Below are positions 25,951 through 37,281 of a stretch of DNA of 64,000 bases, one piece after another; within the stretch, counting starts at the first letter, position 1; every line of letters begins with the position of its first letter. The position numbers and the translations under genes are program-made. The notes beneath the pieces are model-generated. The model was given only the letters and a program-made list of their open reading frames with translations. It was not told the DNA's origin and searched no databases. This DNA comes from Tubulanus polymorphus (taxonomy: Eukaryota; Animalia; Nemertea), in the NCBI RefSeq assembly GCF_964204645.1, contig NC_134033.1:11044655-11108654 (forward strand), written 5' to 3'.

Positions 25951-26814
25951 TCTGTTTAGCCTAAACTACCTGAATAACCTCTAACAGCGAGCCGTATTTC
26001 GTCTTCAGTTTGACTAGATTTGGTTTCGGCAGCACGTTCACCGGAAGCATTACGCGATTGGTCGTGTTAGACGACGGTTTAAACCCATGTTCCAGTAGCT
26101 GGTACGGCGAGGTTACACTCGAGTTACCGACGCTGATGTAGACATTTGACTTGGTTCCATGTTTGCCCGTATAAACTGTGACGTCCCACGTCACGGCTTA
26201 TAAATGTGTTTTGAAAAGGAAAATCGAAGTGTTTACTTGATGTTTTAGAACTTCATATTATTTATTATCTCATTCCATCAAATATTTAGATAATAATTTA
26301 TTTTTCATTTAACTTACATTTCCATGAATAATGACAATAAAGAAAAAATGAAGTTAAATGAAGGTTACAGTGAGAGCCTTATGGGCTGTACAGGTCACTG
26401 CACCTAGGTGCCTAGAGTGCAGGGGTACGATACGATATACCAAAATGGTGACACATCGAGGGTGACAAGATGTGGATGACTAGGGTAAGCTATAGAACCA
26501 GGCGCCTCAACCGGGTCTCACCTTTCACAAATCTCCAGTTCAATTTAAAACCAGAATAGAAATTGTTGACGATATCTGATCGAAATTGAATCGTGACATC
26601 GCCAACATGTAGAGATCGACCGGGAGCCGTTTTACCGCAGAAAATTCCAGCACCTGGAATTCAGATTGTTCGAGTCCGTTAAAAGCAGTAGTCAGTGCAG
26701 GGATACATACTGCGCATCTAATGTGGATAAGGTTAATTAACATAACGGATGACGTCACTCCTTGATGTAAATCTATTCGATTCTAGATTCGTAGAGTAGC
26801 TGGGTTAAACAACG

Positions 26815-26980
26815 ATACTATGTGTAAGTATTTTATTTGACGCATGAGTTTTCGCCACTAATATATAGAAGCTTCATCAGGTAAATGAGTGATGAAGATA
26901 CTATACATCAGTAACGAAAACTCATGCGTCAAATAAACTAGTTTTAACCTAATAAAATACTATTTGTTTTGTTGTATTTA
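26815..26980. mobile_element. Palindromic dispersed element with hammerhead-like cores (copy A)
   Basis: Inverted arms; homologous to 28765-28955. Confidence 0.55.
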
Positions 26981-28764
26981 TTCCATGTGTTTACCGTCAC
27001 TACTGCTTATGATCAACATGTCATAGCAGCCGCTGCCACGAGGCTTCGACTCCATAGAAAATCTTTTTTCAAACCAGATTTAAACTACCTAAAACACGAA
27101 TTCGGAAGTGTATATATTACGTATATGTTCAAGGAGGAAAGTAGAAATATTATGCTTTATTATAGAAAAACTTCACACGTTCACACACATTTACAAGCAA
27201 ATTGTACTTGCTCTTTTTTTCGGTGGAAACTATGGATTTTAGGCCGCCACACATTATAAGCTGGTCCACATATATTGTGGTTGCGCCATTGTGACTAATT
27301 ACCATATTTTCCGATGGTACAATTTTCCATTTACAGTCGCGGTATTGACCATAAGCCTTCGGATAGTTAGGAGTAGCGATACTGCCAGTTGTACGATTTA
27401 GTATTCTAGGCGATTCATTACATGTCGTATCAACTTCAAAATACAAAACGATCACCAATGGAAAGTTAACAACAGAATTATTTAGTGGTTGCTGAAGTGA
27501 AACGATGGAACCATTTACTGATTCTGTGGTTCAGTTAGAATTACAGACAAATCCGCTTTATCCGGATCGGCTTCATAGGGATTTTGGTTTAATCCGTACA
27601 ATATTCGCAGCCCATCTTTTCATTAATATGCAAGAGAATTACTTTGAATCCGGATTTCCCGTAAACCTGCTGGATTTTTTGTTGGTGCCAAATGATCCGA
27701 ATTAAGCGGATTCTACTGTATTTCATTCACAACGCTTAACCCTGTAGCCGAATCCAAATTGGTTTTTTTTAAAATCTATTTGGGGTAATTTTTCTCTTAT
27801 TGATTCCACAGTGATTATCTGTTAAGCGTGCTACGTACATTGATGTCGTCTCCAATCAAGTTTGAATCCGGCGTATCGTTCTTGCAAGAAAATATCAGTA
27901 GTGAATTCGATAGTGACGTCACCGTAATGGGTGTCTGGCCCACGCGCATCTTTGCCGCAATATCTAGTACTACCTGCAATAAACTCAATATCCGAAACAT
28001 CTCACAATCGTCCACACACTGTTACTCGAATATTTCAATCCTTAATTGATTTTTTAGTCGTTGAACTACAATAACTAATTATCCATCATCAAATCAGGAC
28101 AGAAAATATGAAATATAAAGAGGTCGGAAGAGCGTTGCGGCCATGCGAGATTTTTTCAAGGCGAAATTTCGACTTTAAAACTCGAAATTTCCAACGAAAA
28201 AAGGGTATTTCAGTGGAGCAACTGAATTATTTTCAAATCTATCTTAGCTTCCATTCGATGTTCTCTAGATGTTTGGTTTTCAGCTTTTGTTATTTTTCTG
28301 ATTAATCACATGTTAAACCTTACCGGCCATACTGCGTATGATCAATTTATCTAAGCAATGATCGTCTAACTCGAATTTTGGGTCAAACGACACACGAATG
28401 ACCTGAAAATACATCAATAACAATACTTTACTGGACATTACGCGCACAATGCTTATACCTAGGTCTCACAAAAAAATTCAGGTGGAAATCAGTAATTTAA
28501 ACAGTCAATAAATCTTTTTAAGCGTTTTACAATAACACATGTACCGAGTTGTTTGGCTGGATGATGATCCATTTACACTTCACACCTCTCCCATAGGGAT
28601 TGGGAAAGTTTGGGCTGGTGATACTACCTGATGTACCATTCAATGTTCTGCCATATCTACTGCACGTGGAGTCAACTTAAAATCGAAAATAACAATATAT
28701 TCATTTTCAAATTCAATTATCAATTCCTTCGTAATTTCAAGATTCGATCTGTGTTAACCGGGTT

Positions 28765-28955
28765 TAGAATCAATACAATAAAACGAGTAGCACTACTTTT
28801 ACTAGTTTATCTGATGCACGAGTTTTCGCTACTAATGCACAGTAGCTTCATCAGGTAAATGAGTGATGAAGATACTGTAAATCAGTAACGACAACTCGTG
28901 CGTCAAATAAACTAGTTTTAACCTATACAGTACTATCCGTCTCGTTGTATTTGTG
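28765..28955. mobile_element. Palindromic dispersed element with hammerhead-like cores (copy B)
   Basis: Minus strand CTGATGA-A-GCTACT-loop-AGTAGC-GAAA; an inverted degenerate copy on the plus strand is followed by AATAAA. Confidence 0.55.
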
Positions 28956-30639
28956 ATTTATTTACTTATGCTTTCAAATTAGTGTGTTGTGATTTACCTT
29001 TCAACAGCTTCCAATTGAATCTAAATTCGGGGATGTGGTTCGACGATTTAAACAAGATTATCCTCACATCACCAGACAACATTCGTGGACCGGGAAGTGC
29101 TTCTTCTTCGCAAGCGCCCATTCCTTATGAATAGAAATATCTAAACTAGCAACCCCTTAGGGGTCATATTAGGCAATGCAATTCAATAAAGATTTATTGC
29201 TTCTGAGAAACACAAACCGAGCACTAAACTGGGAGTTTGATGGTTTATTGGTGTGAACACGACTCGGCTCGTTATATGTCAACCCCGCGCACGGAGCAAT
29301 TGTTTTAAACTTCGCCGTCTTTCTTTCAAAACCCGCACTCCGAGAAAATTGATGGCTAAATGTTATAATTTTTCAGTCCTTTTGAATAAAAGGTTAAACA
29401 AAATACAGAATTTTCACCAAAAATACTGAAATGATCCAGTCGCCCCCTACCGGATCGTGGAGCGCTACAGATCGATAATATTTACCACGTGAAATCACCA
29501 GTACATTTTTTACGTTGCAATAACCGTAGTCCATTTCTGGATGCAATCTCGAGCCAAACGATTTTTCAATTACAATTATCTAAATGAAAATTTCATTATA
29601 GGAATAATGTTGTGTCATACAGTGTAAATGCCGGGTATGGAATATCTTTTTACAGTTTATTTGTTATGTGCTTAATTTAACACAGAAAATGAGGTTTATT
29701 CGATTTGGCCTTAAAGCCGCGACATATTCCATCATTTATAGAACTATTTCTGTTAGAATATTGACGCATATGAATGAAATTTACCGTGTTTTTCGGCGGG
29801 ATAATTTTCCACGTACACGTCGATTTATTGACTAAGTTGTGCGGATTGACGATGCTGCCTGATGTACCGCTCTGTAGCCTGGGTGTTGTATCACTTCACG
29901 TCGAGTCAATGTTCTCCTCCTCAGCTGCTGCTGATGATACTATGTTCATATAAGATTATCAAACAGAATAGCTGAAAACAATCTTCATTTCAAACTCTGT
30001 AGTACATTATATTCCGATCAGGCCTAACTGCACGTCTTAAATAACTATAAACAGGGGTTGATCCAGATATTGGAACAGAGGCCCCGGTAGGTATGTAATG
30101 TAAGAGAATGTGACGGTCCACATAGAAATCCCATAATTTATGAAATGTGATTTTGAATAAAGAATCCTTTATCTGACGAGAATCGAGCGAAATTGTTATA
30201 AACTTTTGAAAACAGACGAAATCAATTTTGGGATTTGATTTTACCAGCTTTGAACGTTTGAAATACTTAATTCACCTTCCATATCAAGGTAACTTACCTT
30301 GATTTAACGAATTGCACACAAGTAGAAGAACAGTCGCAATACAACTTACACCATTCATCGTGACGCCCGGGTAATATATGTTTATATCGAAATGACAGAA
30401 ATGAGACTAAAATAATTGACGTTCAATTTGCTGATCTACGATAAACCTAGTTTCATGATGAAACAGACATTTTATAGAAAATGCGTGACGTGTAAAATAG
30501 AGATGGTTGCATAGATATAGGATAACCGGAGCAGATCCAATTCCAGAATAAAGTCAGAAAAAAATGTGAATAACATATTTTCTAGGAGTTCGTAATCTAA
30601 CAGGTCCCAGAATGCCTTGTTAAATACAAGGAAAATTAG

Positions 30640-30738
30640 TCATTTTTCAAAATTTTCAAACTCCCCTTTAATGAGCCTCGCCGCAGGTAAGTTGAGGCGA
30701 GGCTCATTAAAGGGGAGTTTGAAAAATTTGAAAAATGA
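30640..30738. repeat. Near-perfect ~44-bp-arm hairpin between divergent genes
   Basis: TCATTTTTCAAAATTTTCAAACTCCCCTTTAATGAGCCTCGCC ... GGCGAGGCTCATTAAAGGGGAGTTTGAAAAATTTGAAAAATGA. Confidence 0.85.
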
Positions 30739-31221
30739 GGCAGCTCTCCAGGCAGCTCTTCGTTCATTCATATACAAAATACATGGCTACACTTTCTAAA
30801 TGCTTTCTGAAAATTCTTAATCCGAAACTAATACGATAATAGAGCCAACAAAGCCACTAAATAGTGTTTGATTGACAAGATAAAACCATTATATACAGGT
30901 AGGTTATAAACCTCAGGTGCTCGGATTATTTATTGAGGAACAAAAATATAACAAAATCTGTCCATATATCTAAAGTATTTGAATTGCGCGTGGATTGTCT
31001 CCAGCTTATCGACATTCTGATCGAGGAACTGCATGAACCACGGGCGATATCTCAACTTATCACGAAAGTCTGTGGTTGTTAACCTCAGCTGTGACCGGGT
31101 TGTGGTGAGTTGAACTCCCACAACGTCCTCGGTATAAAGTTTCAATACAGATATCATTTAGTTGGTATCATTCTTTTGCATCGTCTCTAAAGATTATTGT
31201 GTCTGACCAGCGGAGCTGAAG

Positions 31222-33694
31222 ATGAGACCTATGATTATCATTCTGGTAGCTATAACGGCGTTATTCGTAGGTAAGCAGCTATTTTTGGCTTCATATTCTG
31301 TGGGAATTCGCCAGGAAAAGGTTCTGAGAAAATTCCTTCAAAATCGTTTATCTTCAATCTGAGGTCGGGTCCTCGAGCGGTACTCAGAAATATATCAGCG
31401 AACGTAATTTCGAGTATTTTCTCTTACAGTCTTGTGTAATATATTGGATATTTGGATCAAGAAATAAATATGAGGAAACGTGAGAATGCTTTTCCATGCA
31501 TTATGATTTACAAGGTTTTCTTCGTAGGCTTAATTACCTCATGGCGGACGCAGGCGGTAGAACCGTAGTCACGTGCTACAGCCGCGAACATTTAGTGTCC
31601 TTTGTTATTTTCACGTTTTTAGTCGTCCCTGTAAATCCCAAAAGTAGAAAAAATTGCACATTTTTACAAGACGAGGCAGATAATTTTGGGCGCATTCAGT
31701 CGTCAGTCGTCAATCAATTCCGAAAAACGAGAAATGGAACATTTAGTCGTCTCTATATCCCAAAAGTAGAAAAGGGAAAATGTTTACAAGTATTTGTATA
31801 CAAGTATTACTCAGCGGTCAGGTTGGATTCGCCCAGGTTGGAATGTCCCACAAGAAGATAAATTTACAAATCAATAAATTTATTGAGGTCACAAAGTTTC
31901 GGTTACCTCAGCCATCATCAGGTGGAACGCTGCTTAATCAAAATGACAATAGAATTTGTTCTCGATAAATTCCGAGCATCTGTCGGAGGATAAAATCCTA
32001 TCTAAAAAACAATCATGTGATTAATGTTAATGTCAACTACAACTGTAGTGTTTGTCCTTTATCAAACGCCCGAGTGGTGAAACAGACACCTGTAGGTGAC
32101 ACTATCAAACTATTATTGAACTATTGTTTCATTTAGGAAAAATCCCTTATTATAAACCTTTGAATCCTACAATGGTGAATCTTACACCCATTCTAGTCTT
32201 CATGAGTACCACAATGTAAGAACGAATCTAAAAAGTTTATTTAGAAATTAGAAATATTTCTGGTGTTTGATATCCTTCGTTCTTACATTACGGATATTGT
32301 GACGCATTCTAATCTTCGATTAGATGGGTTTTCAATACATATTGGTTATGTCATTATCAAAGATTCAAGTGCCCCTACATTTCAAGTGCCCCATGTTTGT
32401 CTTATGTCTACGATAATCGATGTTCGGTTTTTTTGTTGTTGTTGTTGTAGATGTTCACGGATTGTCGAGTCTCTCCGATTTGGCTGATTATAAGAACTGG
32501 TGTGGAGCCAGTAACTCGGGTTTGATAGAGGGTGACTCGTCAGACGGCTGTTGTAGCTGCTCTGATTCTGAACAGCAATGCAGGTTATATACCGAATGCT
32601 TTTCACTTCAATTTTGGTTGTGGCCAAATCATTTTTCTTTTTCCCCACTTAAAAAGTAATTGTTTGTCATGATAGAAGTGCAACAAGTCCGAAAGTGGTC
32701 TTGAATCAAAGCCTTTACTATATATTCCTCAGTTCTTTTGCATCTAGTTCCACCAGCACTTAAAATGCTTTTAACATGCAATATCAGAGGGTGCGTCCAA
32801 GGGGACTTATGCGACTCAATTTTTGGAGTTCCCTCTTTCGTTTAGGAAAGTAAGTGCATTTCAATGTCGGAGTGTTTCTAATATCGCATTCTTGGACATC
32901 TAAGTACACCGTTTGGGATGCGACAAGTTCTTTAGATTCTATCCTTGGAGCTAGAATCTTGAAAATTGAAATATGCATAAATTCTAACATGTATATTTTT
33001 AGACAATGTTTAAAACCTGCTGACGATTTGGATGACGCCTGCCTGAAACACGATAAGTGTGTTCATTGTAAGAAAAGGTAAGATGAAAAAATTAATTCCT
33101 CGTTTTTGCAATGCGTGAACTAACGACGTTTTGCTTGTGCACGTGGATAAAAATCAAATACTTTTTTCATGTGAAAATCACTCGTGCTTTTTGTCTATGG
33201 TTTTTTGCATAACAGTCAAAAACTGTAATTATATATTCATTCTTTAACGTTTTCGTCTAGTGGAAAAAAAATTGAAATATGAACAAAAAATAACCCCTGT
33301 GAAGCTGGCTCCCGGTTCCCGGTTCCCGATTCAAAAACATTTTGAATCGGGAGCCGAATCGGGAACCGGGAACCAGTAGCCGGCTACCGGTTCGGCTCCT
33401 GATTCAAAATGTTTTTGAATCGGGAGCCGAATCGGGAACCGGGAACCGGGAGCCAGCTTCACAGGGGTCAAAAATATGATTTTTTCCAGTGGTATCGAAA
33501 ACATCCATTTTTGTGAGTGTGAAAGGCTGATTTATAAAGAAGCGAAGAAATCCCAATGTTCCACAGCGCACTGTGTCGCATATAGAACCAGCGTTATCTT
33601 ACTGTTCGGGAATTATCCCTGTCTCTGCAAGAAGAGCTTCTTCGGCATTCCTTATACAATACTGGCGCTGAATTTCAAAAAATGCTATTCATAA
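31222..33694 (+). CDS. Secreted phospholipase A2-like protein, ~153 aa (exons 31222-31270, 32451-32583, 33003-33077, 33490-33694)
   Basis: Signal peptide MRPMIIILVAITALFVDVHG; Ca-loop-like YKNWCG; catalytic PADDLDDACLKHDKC; FCECE helix; splice phases consistent. Confidence 0.85.
33293..33468. mobile_element. Foldback MITE with 40-bp perfect TIRs in PLA2 intron 3
   Basis: ACCCCTGTGAAGCTGGCTCCCGGTTCCCGGTTCCCGATTC and its exact reverse complement. Confidence 0.8.
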
Positions 33695-33825
33695 TTAGAA
33701 TAAATGTAGAAAGTTACAATACTCAATCCTGCATTGAAAAATATATAGTAGATCTATTGTAGATTATGACCTTTGTCGATTGTCTGATGTCTAAAGTTGT
33801 GGCAAGGTTGGATATTCACGGTAAT

Positions 33826-33946
33826 CGCTACTACCCCTAGTTCACGCTAGTTACCCGCTACTACCCCTAGTTCACGCTAGTTACCCGCTACTACTCCTAA
33901 TTCACGCTAGTTACCCGTTACTACTCCTAGTTCACGCTAGTTTCCC
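33826..33946. repeat. 30-bp minisatellite, ~4 copies
   Basis: CTACCCCTAGTTCACGCTAGTTACCCGCTA repeated. Confidence 0.9.
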
Positions 33947-35589
33947 GATTCTGAACTCCGGACTCAGTAACCCGATGATGACATCGGCTTCAAAAATGCT
34001 TGTTTCCGCGCTGAGGCCACACACACACACCGAAAATATCGAAGAAGAAGATAAGAAAAACGCTATTCATTCTATTTTCGTATGGTATATTTTATTTGAT
34101 AATCTGAACGCTATAATGAAACAATCACTTTTTTCACTGGAGCCATGCGTACGGTACGCTCTCTATGGATCGCACTCCGGCATATTGGCAAAAAAACACT
34201 TGATAAAACACTTTTTCAATAGAAAATTTGTTCCGAGTTAAATAAAGCTTCTGAATAAGAGCTATGTTTTAGATAACGGCATATTACTAGTTGGTAAAAA
34301 ATATTTTTTTAAGTACGTGTGATGAGATTCGTGATTTATAGTAAATCTCCAAGCAGAGGCGGCATTATTACTAGAAAGATCACTGTTCAAATGAGATTAT
34401 TATACATATCATAATCCAGGAGTTTAAATATGATTATTAAAGCACAATTGAATGATACATGTCGATTAACTGAAGAAACAGTACGACCGACTGTCAAGCG
34501 CTGCCACAAGTATAAATATTCTAAACTAAAAGTTTGCTGGCGCATGAAATAAAGCTGCTCCCGTTCAGAAGAAAACATCAGTGCTGCCATACATGAATAG
34601 GATTCAGTATCTAATTATAATACATATGGTAAACATGTATAGATAAAAAGCCTAGATTGCAAAATTGCCATTATGGTTGTCCAGTAAGTGCACTCAACCG
34701 CGGGTTATCCACCCTCAGTTTTACACCCAGGGAACCCCTATATCCTCTAGTCAACACACGATCTTAACATCTTAACATAAACATCAAGCCAAACTTGTAA
34801 CACACTTGACAGGTATCGTCGGCCTTGAGAATAGGCAAAAACAAATCAAAGGTACATAGACAGCTGTAACAGCACTGACAAATTTGGAATTACATGTATT
34901 TTAGAATGTTGATGATCTTTTAACCTAATTCTATTACTCAAGAAACACAGCGCAGAAAACTCTTCAGTTTAACTACCATCGTAAAACAGGGAACAAAAAA
35001 CATTGTATATGTTAATATTTCAACATCAGGAAAATCCACGATAGCCAATTCTAAACCCCCATCCCTAATAAATAACCAGCATTATTAGCAGCTAAATCAG
35101 ATGGCTAAACCTGTTCCGATATCATACGTAAGAAACTGATCCACGGTGAATTCAGAAGAGACATTCGATTTATAATTGAACGATATAAACGTCATTCATC
35201 CCTTCGCTTGAACGCACCAGTTCCAGAGAAGATCGTCGCCTCAACCAAAAACTCACAACGATACGTACACGGCTAACGTATTATCTTGAATGGTCTGCGG
35301 CAGGCTACATCACGTAGTAAACTCGAACACATTCGTTAATATCAGCAGAAAAAGTTTACACAACTCTTTAGTAACCGGACCCAACAATATAATAGAATCC
35401 CTTTTACAAAACCCTGAATATACGTGCGAGTCGTTCTTACAAAATGGTTTCGTTATGGTTTCTACATATATAGAATTCGACAGTGAATAAGTATCAACAC
35501 GTTCGCTGCCAACTAAGAGATATATCGTAGCTGATCCTTCTTATACATAGTTTGATATTTACACTCTGAAAACTGAGACCAAGATTGCC

Positions 35590-35970
35590 AGCCAGAAGAG
35601 TACCAGCTATGCCAGCTAACCAGTATTTAAAGCCAATCCGGCCAAATAAGCGCAGAGTCAGGCTAGCAAGCTACCTCTAAGACTTTGAAACCGACAATCG
35701 TACTGAGCGTTTCGTCACAAACAACTGTAAGTGTTTCCAGGTCCAGTTCTGTCAAACGGACCAATTCAGACATTCCTTCTTTCCGAGAACAATTATCGAT
35801 TGGAACCACCTAGACAATCATCAAGTTTCAGCAGAAACCGTCGACGCCTTTAAATCGCGCGTCGGCGCTACCACCATCTAAATTTCAGTCCCTCTCTCTC
35901 TACCGTTGCTGTTGATGCCTTATTGGATTTCTGCAACGTAACAGATGTAGATGTGTGGATGTAGATGCTC
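35590..35970 (+). mobile_element. 5'-truncated non-LTR retrotransposon (CR1-group-like) 3' end
   Basis: Translates to TDQFRHSFFPRTIIDWNHL..AETVDAFKSRV, a typical LINE ORF2 C-terminus; GATGTA-type tail. Confidence 0.7.
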
Positions 35971-37281
35971 TATGGCTGGCAATGTAAACAAACTGCTTTA
36001 TTCTCAATGGCAATGATTAATTTTGAACAATGGCTGACTATGTAATAGCTTTGTAACCTACTTCAGTAAACCTCACTTTGCATTTTATTTTCCTATCCTT
36101 TCCTCGGACCAATTTTTCCAATGCAAACATGTCCGACTTAAGCGAGGTTTACTGTAGTAGAAACGCTGTGGCAACAAATGTGTTAATGACTTTGAACTAT
36201 GATTATACAGGAGAATATACACAATACCTCAGGATTCGACTGATTCCCCAGAAGAGATCATTGAACATTTGCAAAATTCCAAGGTATTTTCACATTATTT
36301 TGTTCTATCGGAAAGAACTTTCCGCACAACTATATACAACATGAACCGTTAAACATTGCACTTCATAACACGTCTTACAAAAGTAAAAAAGTTTTGAGAT
36401 TCACGGAAAATTTTCTATTGCCTAAAAATTCTGCATCGAGGAAGGACAATGGTCTCGGGGCCTATTCATCAAGTATGTGCACTAACATTGTGGAAAAAAA
36501 ATCAATTCATCACCGCCTAAAGTTTAATTGATGCTTATATATGATTATCTGGAATAGTGGCAGTTGAAAATTGGTATTTTTGGGTGTACAAAGGACGGCA
36601 CGTTAGCCAACTGTCCCCGAAATGATCTCTGTTCTACCAAGGCCCGGTTCCCCAAGAAGTTTTGTTTTTTGGCGTGATTTAAATTCGGCCCAAAAACTCA
36701 TGCTAACTATATAAAAAGAAAACAAAATATAAACATTCCAAATTTGTGACAATCTCGCTGCAATATATATCTAGGAAAGTTTGGCAAAAGGTAGAAAATT
36801 TAAATGAGTCGATGATGTGAGATTTCTTTATATCACTCATGAATTTCTATTTGGCTCATCTAAAAACAGTAAACCTTGCCGCATATATAAAAGTATAAAC
36901 CTGCAAAAAACCAAACTGAAGTCGAAGTTCGTTGTAACACCATCCTGCTTGATGCCAGTGCTCATTAGCAGTTTTTGATTTCCTCACAAAGGCAGAAAAC
37001 AAATACTAAAACTACAAGGAGAATTATCCGGACCACATTCATAGCTTTAGACACTTAACTTAACATTTCAAACTTTTCCAAACGTTTGAAAAATGTCTAC
37101 TAATTTTCTTAATTCTTCCAGGATTTTCAGGAACAGTAGAAACCCTGCACCGCACTTTATAACACTAATTTCGCTACAACGCTACGAATGGTCCCAATGA
37201 TGGCGTTACGAGGAACTTCGACTCTCCAGAAGGTTTACTGCGTTCTCATTGGTTGTAGAAAACAACCGGTATTTCCGAATT

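Larger units (their letters stand above)
25542..30358 (-). pseudogene. 12-exon secreted 3xCUB + PLAT/LH2 gene with two in-frame stops (recent pseudogene or null allele)
   Basis: Signal exon MNGVSCIATVLLLVCNSLNQ (30358-30298); three CUB units of three exons each (GSITSPNFPNPY..CKW; FCGK; GFKLNW); PLAT-like WDVTVYTG..TKSNVYI..YPCNR. TGA at 29896-29898 and TAA at 27080-27082. Confidence 0.82.

Noticed and set aside
29896-29898. In-frame TGA at a conserved CUB cysteine as selenocysteine
   Set aside because: The same gene has an in-frame TAA at 27080-27082 and I saw no convincing SECIS; a TGC>TGA nonsense change is simpler.
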